DNA of 64,000 nucleotides from Octopus vulgaris (taxonomy: Eukaryota), in assembly GCA_951406725.2 (NCBI GenBank), contig OX597822.1, positions 101,990,001 through 102,054,000 on the forward strand, read 5' to 3'. Below, one piece after another: positions 1 through 12,599 of this stretch; position 1 is the first letter of the stretch; every line of letters begins with the position of its first letter. The notes under the pieces were generated by a model. The model made no database searches. It was not told the DNA's origin and saw only the letters and a list, made by a program, of their open reading frames with translations. The translations under genes and the position numbers were made by a program.

Positions 1-29
1 TATCTAATATATTCCTTCTATTATATATT

Positions 30-650
<621 letters not shown>

Positions 651-1895
651 AACAGCGACCACAAAGTGATCCCCTTGTTAGCTTGTAAATATGGTATGTT
701 GATGTATTTTCAGCATGAAATAGTATATACTGTGCACTGTTAACTGTAGACATAATGGTGAATTTAAATGGAAAAGTAAGCGAGTAATATGTTGCTTCTT
801 CTGCGGGAGACTAGAGAAGTTCTGAAGCCGAGGAAAACATGTTTACAAATGTTTACACTACTTCAAAGATACTAAAGTTAAAAGACGTTAAGAATGCTAA
901 TGGCAAAATTTGGTAGCACGAAGGAGAAAAGTCGATTATATTGACCCCCAGTACTCAAATGTTTATTATTTTATCGACCCCGAAATGATGAAAGGCAAAG
1001 TCGATCTTAGCGTAATTTGAACAAGAATATAAAGCCGGGCGAAATGCCGCTAAGCATTGTGCCCGGAGTGTTAACGATTCTGCCAGCTCGCCGCCTTTCG
1101 ACAAGATATCATATCAAGGAGAAGATTATGTTAAATTTATGCGCATACCTTTACGTACAATCTACATAAAACAGGTTTGCTGAGAAATTTACTCACCAAT
1201 ACATTGTCAAAACTTTACTAAAACCTGTTTAATTGTAATTTTGTAATACCTTGAGATATTGCGTAAGAAATCTACCAGAAAATAGTCATTAGTATTTTCT
1301 CTCTTAAGAAAGGGAGAAATATAACGTGAAAGTTTGTAAATCTAGAGTTGTTTTTCATGATAACTATTTTAGTCCATATATGAACTAAGTTTGTTAGTTA
1401 CTTCTAGATAGATGTAGGAGGAATGCCTAGAAATATATTATAGGATTAAGAGACTGAATGTAATAACCGAGTTCTCATTTAAATCAATAAATCTGATAGA
1501 GCATAGCGAATGAAGAATTTGATCATATTAATGGATGAGGAAATAAAGTGTGGATTAATGTAGATACTGACAAATAAAGAGTGGATTAAATTTAGATTAA
1601 ATTTACTCACCAATACATCGTCAAAACTTTACTAAAACCTGTTTAATTGTAATTTTGTAATACCTTGAGATATTAAGGGAGGAGGAATAGTCGATTTCAA
1701 GGACTCAGGTACTAAACTGGTACTTATTGGTTGCTTAAATATTAGGAAATGTGTTAGCTTTAGAAGCTTAAATTTACCTCATATTTTGGCAAGAGTAGAA
1801 GGAAACCAGAGAGAGAATCTTGAGCATTTGATTGGGCTTTTATAATTGCAGTGTTTTGATAATGTTGTTTAATATAGAAATTTTCTTTTATTTCT

Positions 1896-3275
1896 ATGAG
1901 TAGTATAATGAGTTCCTTTTATTCTTGTTTAGGCATGGCAAACGCATCAGAAAATTCTAATCAATCCTATTTCGAGAAAAGAAAAACTGCACTGAAAAAC
2001 ATGAAAGTTACTTTCATAAAAAGACCGAAAAATTCAAAGATTCCCAAAGACTATTATGAAAATCCACAACCATACGAACATAACTTTAAAAAAATTATTA
2101 ACGAACCAGATATTTGTTCTAAAGAAGAAAAAATACTTCTCCTATATGCTGTTCGAACTGTCTACTACAATTTTGCTCGACGTCAAATACATAGGGACAA
2201 TATTCGCGATATTCCAAATGACATACGCTCCACACATACAATTGTTAAACAGGTTTTCCTAATGGGTACAACAAACAATTCTACAATACAATCCCTTGTT
2301 CAGAAGGAAAGTGAAAAATACCGGGACATCATCCAAGAAGATTTTTTAGAGTCGTATGCAAATCTTTCACTAAAAGGAATAATGGCGTGGAAATGGAGCG
2401 TGGAATTCTGTAGCAACGCCGAATATGTCATTGTTATGAATGATGAGCTTTTCGTAGATCAATACAAATTGATGCATTATCTCCATTATCATATGACTCT
2501 TGATGGACATGACAACCGTTTTACAATATGTTTTCGTAAAGGTGGTGCAACAAACAGACGCTTATTCTTACGTAGAAACATAAACATGTCAATGTTTTAT
2601 AAAGGTAATCATTATCCGTATTTTTGTGACGGAGTTGGTTACGTGGCACATATTAATTTCATTAATAAACTGTACATTGCCTCTTTAAGCAATCATGTTT
2701 TTATGCCCGATGATGTTTGGAACGGACTACTTGCAGAAAAACTAAATACATCTTTACAAACAGAAAGTTATTTGTGTGCATATTACAATGTAATAGAACG
2801 ATTTTCTCACCCATTTTATCAATTTTCTCTACTTATGTTTGGTGTTACAGATCATAAACAAACTAACGATTATGCACTGCAAATCTTAAAAAATATATCT
2901 CATACTGTGAAAATTCGAAGAACACAATACCGTAATAAAATGTCTGAAACTTTCTTGGTAGAAGATGTTCCAATTAAAATAAATTACCCGAGTTATATTA
3001 GAAAAAGGGATACAGAAAATTTGGAATTATGCAAAAATAACTTGAACAGTCTGTTTAAAAATACATATGAATCTGGAATTTGGAAAAGCTTGATTTTCTT
3101 TTGTGTTTTTTTCATTTTATTCACAAGATATAAATCGTTTGGGAAAATTAAAATAAGGTCAGGATTAAAAACACTCCTAGGTAAACCTAGAGCACAGCTT
3201 TTATTTAAAAATACAATAATATGTGTTGTTGTTGGTATGTATTTAATTATATGTGTGGTCTTCATCGGTATATGA
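1896..3275 (+). CDS. GT31 family glycosyltransferase (beta-1,3-galactosyltransferase-like), copy 1; probably one large coding exon starting at the acceptor 1932/1933
   Basis: 459-aa ORF with GT31 motifs: NFARRQIHR (cf. RRxxIRxTW), VFLMG, ESEKYRDIIQEDFLESYANLSLK, FCSNAEYVIVMNDELFV (DxD site), YPYFCDGVGYV, PDDVWNG. Pyrimidine-rich tttattcttgtttAG precedes GC ATG GCA, so the first 12 codons may be intronic. Confidence 0.9.
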   Translation: MSSIMSSFYSCLGMANASENSNQSYFEKRKTALKNMKVTFIKRPKNSKIPKDYYENPQPYEHNFKKIINEPDICSKEEKILLLYAVRTVYYNFARRQIHRDNIRDIPNDIRSTHTIVKQVFLMGTTNNSTIQSLVQKESEKYRDIIQEDFLESYANLSLKGIMAWKWSVEFCSNAEYVIVMNDELFVDQYKLMHYLHYHMTLDGHDNRFTICFRKGGATNRRLFLRRNINMSMFYKGNHYPYFCDGVGYVAHINFINKLYIASLSNHVFMPDDVWNGLLAEKLNTSLQTESYLCAYYNVIERFSHPFYQFSLLMFGVTDHKQTNDYALQILKNISHTVKIRRTQYRNKMSETFLVEDVPIKINYPSYIRKRDTENLELCKNNLNSLFKNTYESGIWKSLIFFCVFFILFTRYKSFGKIKIRSGLKTLLGKPRAQLLFKNTIICVVVGMYLIICVVFIGI

Positions 3276-4210
3276 TTCAAGACCACCGATACACTGGAGT
3301 ACGTTACTGGTCATCAAAGCATAATTGTCGAGATTTAAAAGTCCACCTACAACGCACAGCAAGTTCGTATGGCTTTACCATGTTCTTGATAGGAATTCAC
3401 AAAAAAATAATAATGGTCTTCAGGAAATTGTCAAGAAAAATCTACTTATGACGAGAAAAAATGATTCCCACGGTATTTTGAGAAGATTCGAAAGTTCTGA
3501 ATTCGAGACTTTATAAATTCAGTCAGTTTGAGTGTGATTATACTGGTAGATGCAATTCAATTAAACAAATTCTATTACATTATATAATCAAATAAAATGT
3601 GGAAAAGAAATTCATTTCCAAACACTTTATTATAAATACGTGGATTAAAATCTTGAGATTTTGAGTTCAGGTTCACATATGATTGAAAACAATGCTGTTT
3701 GTTCTTAAAATTCTTCGTAATTCATATAAGCACTTTGTCCTTCTGATTTAAGCATTATTTGACTCATCAGAAGCAAAATTTTCCATATAACAAAAGGATG
3801 CTATCATCGTAACATGATATGATTGGTCTGGTATAATGTTTCCATACATACACATACACAAATATATGTATATATTCCAAGATATATGATCTTTCTGTTT
3901 TTGCCAATGGAGTGCAGAATATAGAGCACTCACTGATTCTAAAACATCTCTTATATAAAATCTTTCTGTCTGTGTGCGTGTCTTCTAGGATCTCGGGCAT
4001 CCTCCATCCGATTGCGCCCAAATTTGATATGTAGATACCGACGATATCAGGGTGTGTATAAGTCTTGAAAAAATTTCAAAAATCGATTCCACATGAGAAT
4101 GCGATCGATAAAGCCGTGAGATCGTGCAATTGTAAAATCGTTTTTCTTGGAATAGAAAGAAAGTCTAACTTTATTTCTTCTTTTGCTGGTGTCTCAAATT
4201 CAGGTTAAAC

Positions 4211-4300
4211 CAGTGTTTCTCAAAGGGGAGGCTTATGGGACGGTCTGACAAGTTGTTTTGAGAAAATTTGGTTTAAATGTTTCATAAGTCAGCACCGTCC
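4211..4300 (+). mobile_element. hAT-type terminal fragment (also at ~17591)
   Basis: CAGTGTTTCTCAAA terminus typical of hAT TIRs; partner TIR not found and right boundary uncertain. Confidence 0.35.
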
Positions 4301-4662
4301 ATTGTACGGGGGTCGTTTTACTCGTATTGTATAACAAGCGTTGTGGCTTGTTTGAAGCATTGTGATAAAGAATCTGAATGAGTAAAAATTGGCGAGTTTC
4401 TTATGGAAAGAGCAATAAATGCAATAACCTTATATATTTCAGATACAAAATCTAATAATCGCAAGTAAACAATCAAAAAACTATCGGCCCATTCAGATAC
4501 CGGTCATATTGGTTGCAGTGCGGATAGCGGAAATAGAACGGGTAGTAGTAGCAGGGGAAACAGAATCGGTGGCATCGAAACCCGGCGGCAGCAACCATGT
4601 ATATTGTATAGTGCATAAAATGGATGAAAATACATACATCCAAACGTGATTATATATTTAAA

Positions 4663-5059
4663 CTAGCAGTATCGCCCGGTGTTGCTCGGGTCTGTTTCGA
4701 CCCTTTAGAATTGGAATTTTGAAAAGTAAAAATTCTGCATTATGTAGCTTGTTATTCTCTTTAAGTGAACATTTTTCTGGTTGAAATACACCGAAAAATA
4801 GCGACAAAGCAATCAAAAAGTAAAAAATAGAGATTTTCATAGAAAACAAAAAGCACCTTTTTGATGTAAATAGTTTTTGGTGTGAACATGGTCCGATTTG
4901 AATTTTTTCTTCTACGGAAGGAAGAGCAAGCCTTCCTCTATCATACTCTCAATTTTGGTCAACTTGCGCCGCAGGGTCTCGGAGGAGATAGTGTTAGTTG
5001 AAGGCTACCAAACCTGCCATACACAGACAACTTCAGCTTTATATAGAGAGAGAGAGAGA
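4663..5059 (-). mobile_element. Non-autonomous Helitron, present only in duplication copy A
   Basis: On the minus strand 5'-TC...subterminal GC-rich hairpin...CTAG-3', inserted between A and T with no TSD; absent at the paralogous site ~18048. Confidence 0.85.
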
Positions 5060-5520
5060 TACATCATCCATATTAAAAGGAAGTGAAATTCGTGAAGTTT
5101 CCTTTCCGTTCCAAGTATTTTATTTTTGAATAACTGCATTCACAAATCACAATCTAAGAACACAAGACTAAATAAAACGTCTTTGACGTTATTAAAACGT
5201 TGCCATTACATATAAAATTTGATCTTTTTCTTTCAATATGTAATATTAACTACTGTTACAGATTTGACACACACAGACGCACTCGCATAAACACACACTG
5301 TAGCCTCATCGCAGTCATCCATTGACACATATCTAGGTAGTTTCTGTTTTTCCATACATATGTATTTTTCTTTACTACCCACAAGGGGCTAAACATAAAA
5401 GGGACAAACAAGGACAGACAAATGGATTAAGTCGATTATATCGACCCCAGTGCGTAACTGGTACTTAATTTGTCGACCCCGGTAATTTGTTTCGTTATCA
5501 CTATTTTATCTTATTCGTTT

Positions 5521-5527
5521 AATGATG

Positions 5528-5606
<79 letters not shown>

Positions 5607-5629
5607 TAATAATGATAATAATAATAATG

Positions 5630-5713
<84 letters not shown>

Positions 5714-5774
5714 GCAATAATTATAATAATAATAATAATAATAATGCAAAGAATATTAATAATAATAATAATGA

Positions 5775-5805
<31 letters not shown>

Positions 5806-5845
5806 AAGAATGATAATAATGATAATAATAATAATAATAATGATG

Positions 5846-5876
<31 letters not shown>

Positions 5877-5917
5877 TAATAATAGTAGTAATAATAATAA
5901 TAATAATAATAATAATG

Positions 5918-5952
<35 letters not shown>

Positions 5953-5961
5953 AGTAATAAA

Positions 5962-6008
<47 letters not shown>

Positions 6009-6046
6009 TAATTATAATAATGATAAAAATAATAATAATAATAATG

Positions 6047-6137
<91 letters not shown>

Positions 6138-6176
6138 TAATAATAATAATAAAAAAATAATAATAATGTAATGATA
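5521..6176. repeat. (AAT)n array with a (GAA)n patch
   Basis: Direct reading; explains the poly-N/I/L/Y ORFs. Confidence 0.98.
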
Positions 6177-6454
6177 ATCTAGGTAGTTTCTGTTTTTCCA
6201 TACATATGTATTTTTCTTTACTACCCACAAGGGGCTAAACATAGAAGGGACAAACAAGGACAGGCAAATAGATTAAGTCGATTATATCGACCCCAGTGCG
6301 TAACTGGTACTTAATTTGTCGACCCCGGTAATTTGTTTCGTCATCACTATTTTATCTTATTCGTTTACAGCTAATTTTGCCAGGTGTGCAAATGATGCAG
6401 CTATCTCACCGCTCTAGTAATAATAATAACGATGATGATAATGCATTTTACTAA

Positions 6455-6870
6455 AGGCACAAGGCCTGAAATTTGCGGGAAGGGGACTTGTCGATTACAT
6501 CAACCCGAGTGTTTCAATAGTACTTAATTTATCGACCCCAGGGCGTAACTGGTACTTAATTTGTCGACCCCGAAAGGATGAAAGGTAAAGTCGACCTCGG
6601 GGAAAATTGAACTCGGAACGTAAAGACGGACAAAATACCTATTTCTTTATTACCCACAGGGGGCTAAACACAGAGGGGATAAACAAGGACAGACATAGGT
6701 ATTAAGTCGATTACATCGACCTCAGTGCGTAACTGGTACTTAATTTATCGACCCCGAAAGGATGAAAGGCAAAGTCGACCTCGCGGAATTTGAACTCACA
6801 ACGTAACGCAGACGAAATACCGCTAAGCATTTTCTCCGGCGTGCTAACGTTTCTACCAGCTCACCGCCTT
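6455..6870 (-). mobile_element. tRNA-headed SINE (family A, Nin/Deu-like core), multimeric, within an older decayed copy
   Basis: Core gcctttcatcctttcggggtcgataaattaagtaccag on the minus strand; unit junction aaatacctatttc at ~6633-6645. Confidence 0.85.
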
Positions 6871-6871
6871 T

Positions 6872-8037
<1,166 letters not shown>

Positions 8038-8041
<4 letters not shown>

Positions 8042-8300
8042 CAGAAACAATTCCTATCATAGTAGGTGCATTAGGCATGATAAAAAAATATTCAGACAAA
8101 TACATAACAAAAATACCAGGACTTACAAACACATATAACATACAGACAATTGCACTACTAGGCACTGCACACATCCTACGCAGAACACTTTCCATACAAT
8201 AACCATCAGAGCATCACAACGAATCACAGCACATACCCAAGGCACACAGAGCTGCGCTCGGTAGTGAAGTGAAAGCACGCTATAAAAATAAAACTACTGA
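8038..8300 (+). mobile_element. Dong/R4-clade non-LTR retrotransposon, short 3' fragment
   Basis: KTETIPIIVGALG...HILRRTLSIQ* plus a 3' UTR nearly identical to 9310-9571; flanked by (AAT)n. Confidence 0.88.
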
Positions 8301-8333
8301 ATGATAATAATAATAATAATATTAATAATAATA

Positions 8334-9567
8334 CAGCTGCAAAACTACTATAAAATAACCACCATAGGAATGCAAAAATATCTACTTCAGAAGGAAGGAA
8401 AACTGATACAAATAGCGACAAAACACGAGCAAAACAAAAAACTGTTCTCACTATTTAAGGAAGCTGACAAATACAAACTAGAAATCATACCACCTAACAA
8501 ATATGAAGAAGAAGAAGAAGAAGAAGAAGAAGAAGAAGAAGAAGAAGAAGAAGAAGAAGAAGAAGAAGAAGAAGAAGAAGAAGAAGAAGAAGAAGAAGAA
8601 GAAGAAGAAGCAGAAGAAGAAGAAGAAGAAGAAGAAACAACAAAAGCTATAAAACAAATGAAATCCAAACTAAAACTAGAACAGCAAAGAACCATGATAA
8701 AACGATGGCAAGAAAAGCCCCTTCATGGTAATTACTGGACTAAACTAAATGCAAAAGAAATAGACAAAGAAAAATCCCAGCAATGGTTGAGAAGCTCAGG
8801 ACTCAAAGCAGAGACAGAGGGATTTTTAATTGCAGCACAAGACCAAAGCCTCCCCACCAGAAATTACCAAAAAGCATGTAATGAAAAGAAATATAACAAG
8901 TAACTGCAGAATATGTGGAGGTGGACAAGAAACAATAAATCATATTATCTCTGGCTGCCCAGTCCTGGCTATGAAGGAATATATTCACAGACACGACAGA
9001 GTTGGAACCTACATACACTGGAAGCTATGCCAACATTATGGAATAACAACAGAAAAAAGATGGTATAGGCACACACCAGAAAAGGTCACAGAAAACGAGA
9101 AAGCAACCATACTCTGGGATATGCCGATACACACAGATAGAGAAATTAAGGCCAACAGACCAGATATAGTTGTCAGAGATCATGAAGAAAAAAATGCTTT
9201 CTAATTGATGTATCAATACCGGCAGATGACAACGTGTCTCTAAAAGAAATGGAGAAACTTTCAAAATACAAAGACCTGGAAATAGAGGTAACCAGAATGT
9301 GGAATCTAAAAACAGAAACAATTCCTACCATAGTAGTTGCATTAGGCATGATAGAAAAATATTCAGACAAATACATAACAAAAACACCAGGACTTACAAA
9401 CACATATAACATACAGACAATTGCACTACTAGGCACTGCACACATCCTACGCAGAACACTTTCCATACAATAACCATCAGAGCATCACAACAAATCACAG
9501 CACATACCCAAGGCACACAGAGCTGCGCTCGGTAGTGAAGTGAAAGCACACTATAAAAATAAAACTA

Positions 9568-9571
<4 letters not shown>
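8334..9571 (+). mobile_element. Dong/R4-clade non-LTR retrotransposon, 5'-truncated and frameshifted
   Basis: WQEKPLHG...AAQDQSL; CCHC knuckle CRICGGGQETINHIISGC; RHD; restriction-like endonuclease RPDIV...IDVSIP...KLSKY; ends in (AAT)n, the known Dong target; in-frame (GAA)n at ~8504-8636. Confidence 0.9.
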
Positions 9572-9607
<36 letters not shown>

Positions 9608-9608
<1 letters not shown>

Positions 9609-9882
9609 GAAGAGTACCATATCATGTGAAATTGGTTGAACGATATTTCGGCATCTAGCGTGCTTTCCACAGGTTCAAATGTTGCATGTCAGTCTACTTC
9701 ATTTTTTGTTGAGACTATATAGGACCGAGGTAACTCCGCCAAATAAATAGAAGGTTGCCATATCATGTGAAATTGGTTGAACGATTAAAAAAAAAATTGA
9801 AGTAGACAGATATATAATTTTTGAACCTGTGGAAGGCACGCTAGATGCCGAAATATCATTCAACCAATTTCACATGATATGA
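9608..9882. repeat. Fold-back element with ~90-bp imperfect inverted arms, probably a Penelope-like terminal repeat
   Basis: 9618-9707 is the reverse complement of ~9790-9881; internal direct copy at 9758-9786; related fragment at 18548-18636. Confidence 0.75.
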
Positions 9883-9885
9883 CTA

Positions 9886-10789
9886 CGAGGGGGTACTCAA
9901 AAGAAACCGAAATTTTGCAATAATATTTTATTCACTTAGTTTTACATATTTACACTTTTTATCGCCTTCAAATAATTCTCCATTTGAAGCAATGCATCGG
10001 TCCAGACGCGTTTTTCACTGTTCGAAGCAGTGTTGGAACCCTTGCCAAATGACGCCTTTTAACCTCAGTCGCTTTTATTTCTTCCCCTCCTCCACATCTG
10101 CAAATTCCGTAGCACCAGCTTTTGTCAACAGTGATGAGCTTCCAAAAAAGATCCGGATCAATTTCCAACTGTTCTTTCAGTTCGCGACACGCATTCGGTC
10201 GTGACTTCTTTTGATCTTCCGTGAGCAAGCAAGGCACAAATTTTCCTGCAACTCATTTCATTCGCAATTCCTCGCTCGAAAGTCGTTGGTAAGAGCTCCA
10301 GAACACATCAGTCATATTAACAAGTTCGTCAATTGTTCGGAGACAGTCGTCTCAAATCAGTTCATGAATTTTCGTGATGTCTTCATTCGTCCAAAAGCTC
10401 TACGGATGCACTGAGCGAGGTTGGTCTTCAAGCAACAAGTGACCATTCTTAAAGATTAAAAAGCACTCGTAAACTCGTATTTTGCTCATGACAGCGTCGT
10501 TGTAAACTGTTGGGAGCATGACAACTATTTCGGCCGCCGTTTTCTCCAGCAAAAAACAGAATTTTACGGAAGCACGCTGTTCCTTCGTTTCAGCCGTCGC
10601 AAAAATCGACGAACGGGGAAGAAGCACTGCAAAGCAAAGACGCACTAAGTGGCAGTAGGTCTACACTCGACAACGCCGATCAGCATACTGATGCCTGAGA
10701 GATACATCAAGTAACTTCTAGTGGCGAAAGACTGAACTGCAACGGGTTTGTCCCACAGAGAACGTTTCCGGTTATTTTGGGATACCCCG
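9886..10789 (-). mobile_element. Mariner transposon, internally deleted
   Basis: TA flanks at 9884-85 and 10790-91; imperfect TIRs cgagggggtactcaaaagaaaccg / cggttattttgggataccccg; decayed HTH (EQRASVKFCF...EDQPRS) and LITVDKSWCY (cf. ITGDESW). Confidence 0.9.
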
Positions 10790-12599
10790 TAAATCTTCGA
10801 AATCAAAGCGCAGTATCCAATCCTGATCAAGTATGGACGCCTCACAGAACTAGAAATACCGCAAACATACCTTTTTCTTACTCAAATGGAATAGTTAATC
10901 AGCTTACATGAAATAATGTTCTTTGATGGTATATCCTTCTATGACTTACCCACAAATGAATATAATAATTCTATGCGAATATATAGACGAAGGGCACTAT
11001 CTTCATTTGTTAGGGATACTTTAGGCCATCATTGTAACGCATCAAAAGAATACGTCATATACCCGTCCATCGTTGTTTAAACTTCAATATCTTTCATCTT
11101 ACAATCAAGTATGTCCACCATTTTCTCAAGGAACGTCTAGAATAGTTTCATAATACTACAACCTACAACTTTTCAACAAACATCCGGCAGACAAAACTAT
11201 CACAATGACGTGACTGAATATGGTGACGTTTATTATATCACTTGCATTGTTTTGTCCATGTATTTATCAGAAAACCCTTTGTTTTGCTTAAGGAAACATG
11301 GTAAAACTTTAAACTTAGGTTGTTCGTCCATGTAAAACTCTACTGTTAATATAAAATATATTCAGGTTAAATACAAAGAATCAATGAAAGAATGAATAAG
11401 TTATAAAACTTCATCTTCATTTTCCTTTTTAATAAAACAGACGTAATATTAGGCACTTTTTATTTGGGTAAATTACTGAAATTTAAGTTGGATTTTTCTG
11501 GGAAGGTTCAAAAAATATTTTTTTAATATTGTTTAACTAAAACATGTTTATTTTTAAAATACTTTATTTCATATTTTAACATACTCAGTATGTACATATT
11601 TGTAGCTGACAATGAGTGTCAAATGGAAATTTAAATATAATATTTTTGTCCGCAATCTTAACGTAACATTTCAGTGAAATATCATATCCCAAACATCCTC
11701 ATTAGTAAACAAGGTGGTAAATGATAAGTTTTAGTAATTTTTTTTTTCTTTTATCGTGTTAAAGAATGTCTTCTTCAATTTTTTGTTTTAATTTCAGAGT
11801 ATTTGAATATAAACAAATATTTAAGGGGAAAATAATCAATTTGTCATGCTAATAACTTTACTGACAAGGGCTTTTTTTTTACATAACTCCAGAGCAAGTA
11901 CTTTCAAGCGGTAGAAGGAACTGCGCTCAATAAATCAAAGTTGATTTTACTGACTGAAGGTTTTAGTACATTTGTTACTATTTTCATTGCCTCTCTCTTT
12001 CTTCTTCTAGTCTCCCTGTCTTTACCCCTCATCTTTCTTTATGTAGCATATGTGATTTTGATAAATAAATTGAATAGAATTGAATAGATTCACTATGCAA
12101 ATAATTTCGTTTTTTTCGTACAAATTGCTTTGAATATTGTGTGTGAAGAACGGGCGGAGAAACACGTCTCATATCATAATATATCTTAATGAAATTATTT
12201 TTATCACTTCTAATGCCGTACACATTGTCACACTTCACTGTTCTTTGAATTAGCTGCAGAAGGTAAGTGATTGACCCTGATCTAAGAACAGTATTTCATA
12301 CAACTTTCTATTTGTCACTTGCTGAAACTACATTGCTATGTTTAGAGATGAAATATATGTTGACACTCCAGAAAAAGCCTAGTGCTCTTTAGGCAATGCT
12401 CAGATATATCAAACGTGCGTGATAAGCTACAGTAAACATACATGAAGAATGTAAGTTTTAGGCGCTGTTTTTTTATTTGGTTTTCTTTTGTTTCGTTTTG
12501 GTCTGGTTTGGGTTTTTTTTTAATGACACATCTTCCTTAATGACATTTGCTTTTTTCATAACTTGAAATTGTAGCAGATAGTCAAATTTTATTTAAACA

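Noticed and set aside
3272-3451. 59-aa ORF overlapping the GT31 stop via ATGA, present in both copies
   Set aside because: Copies are too similar for conservation to be informative; no recognisable motif; likely 3' UTR (AATAAA at 3591)
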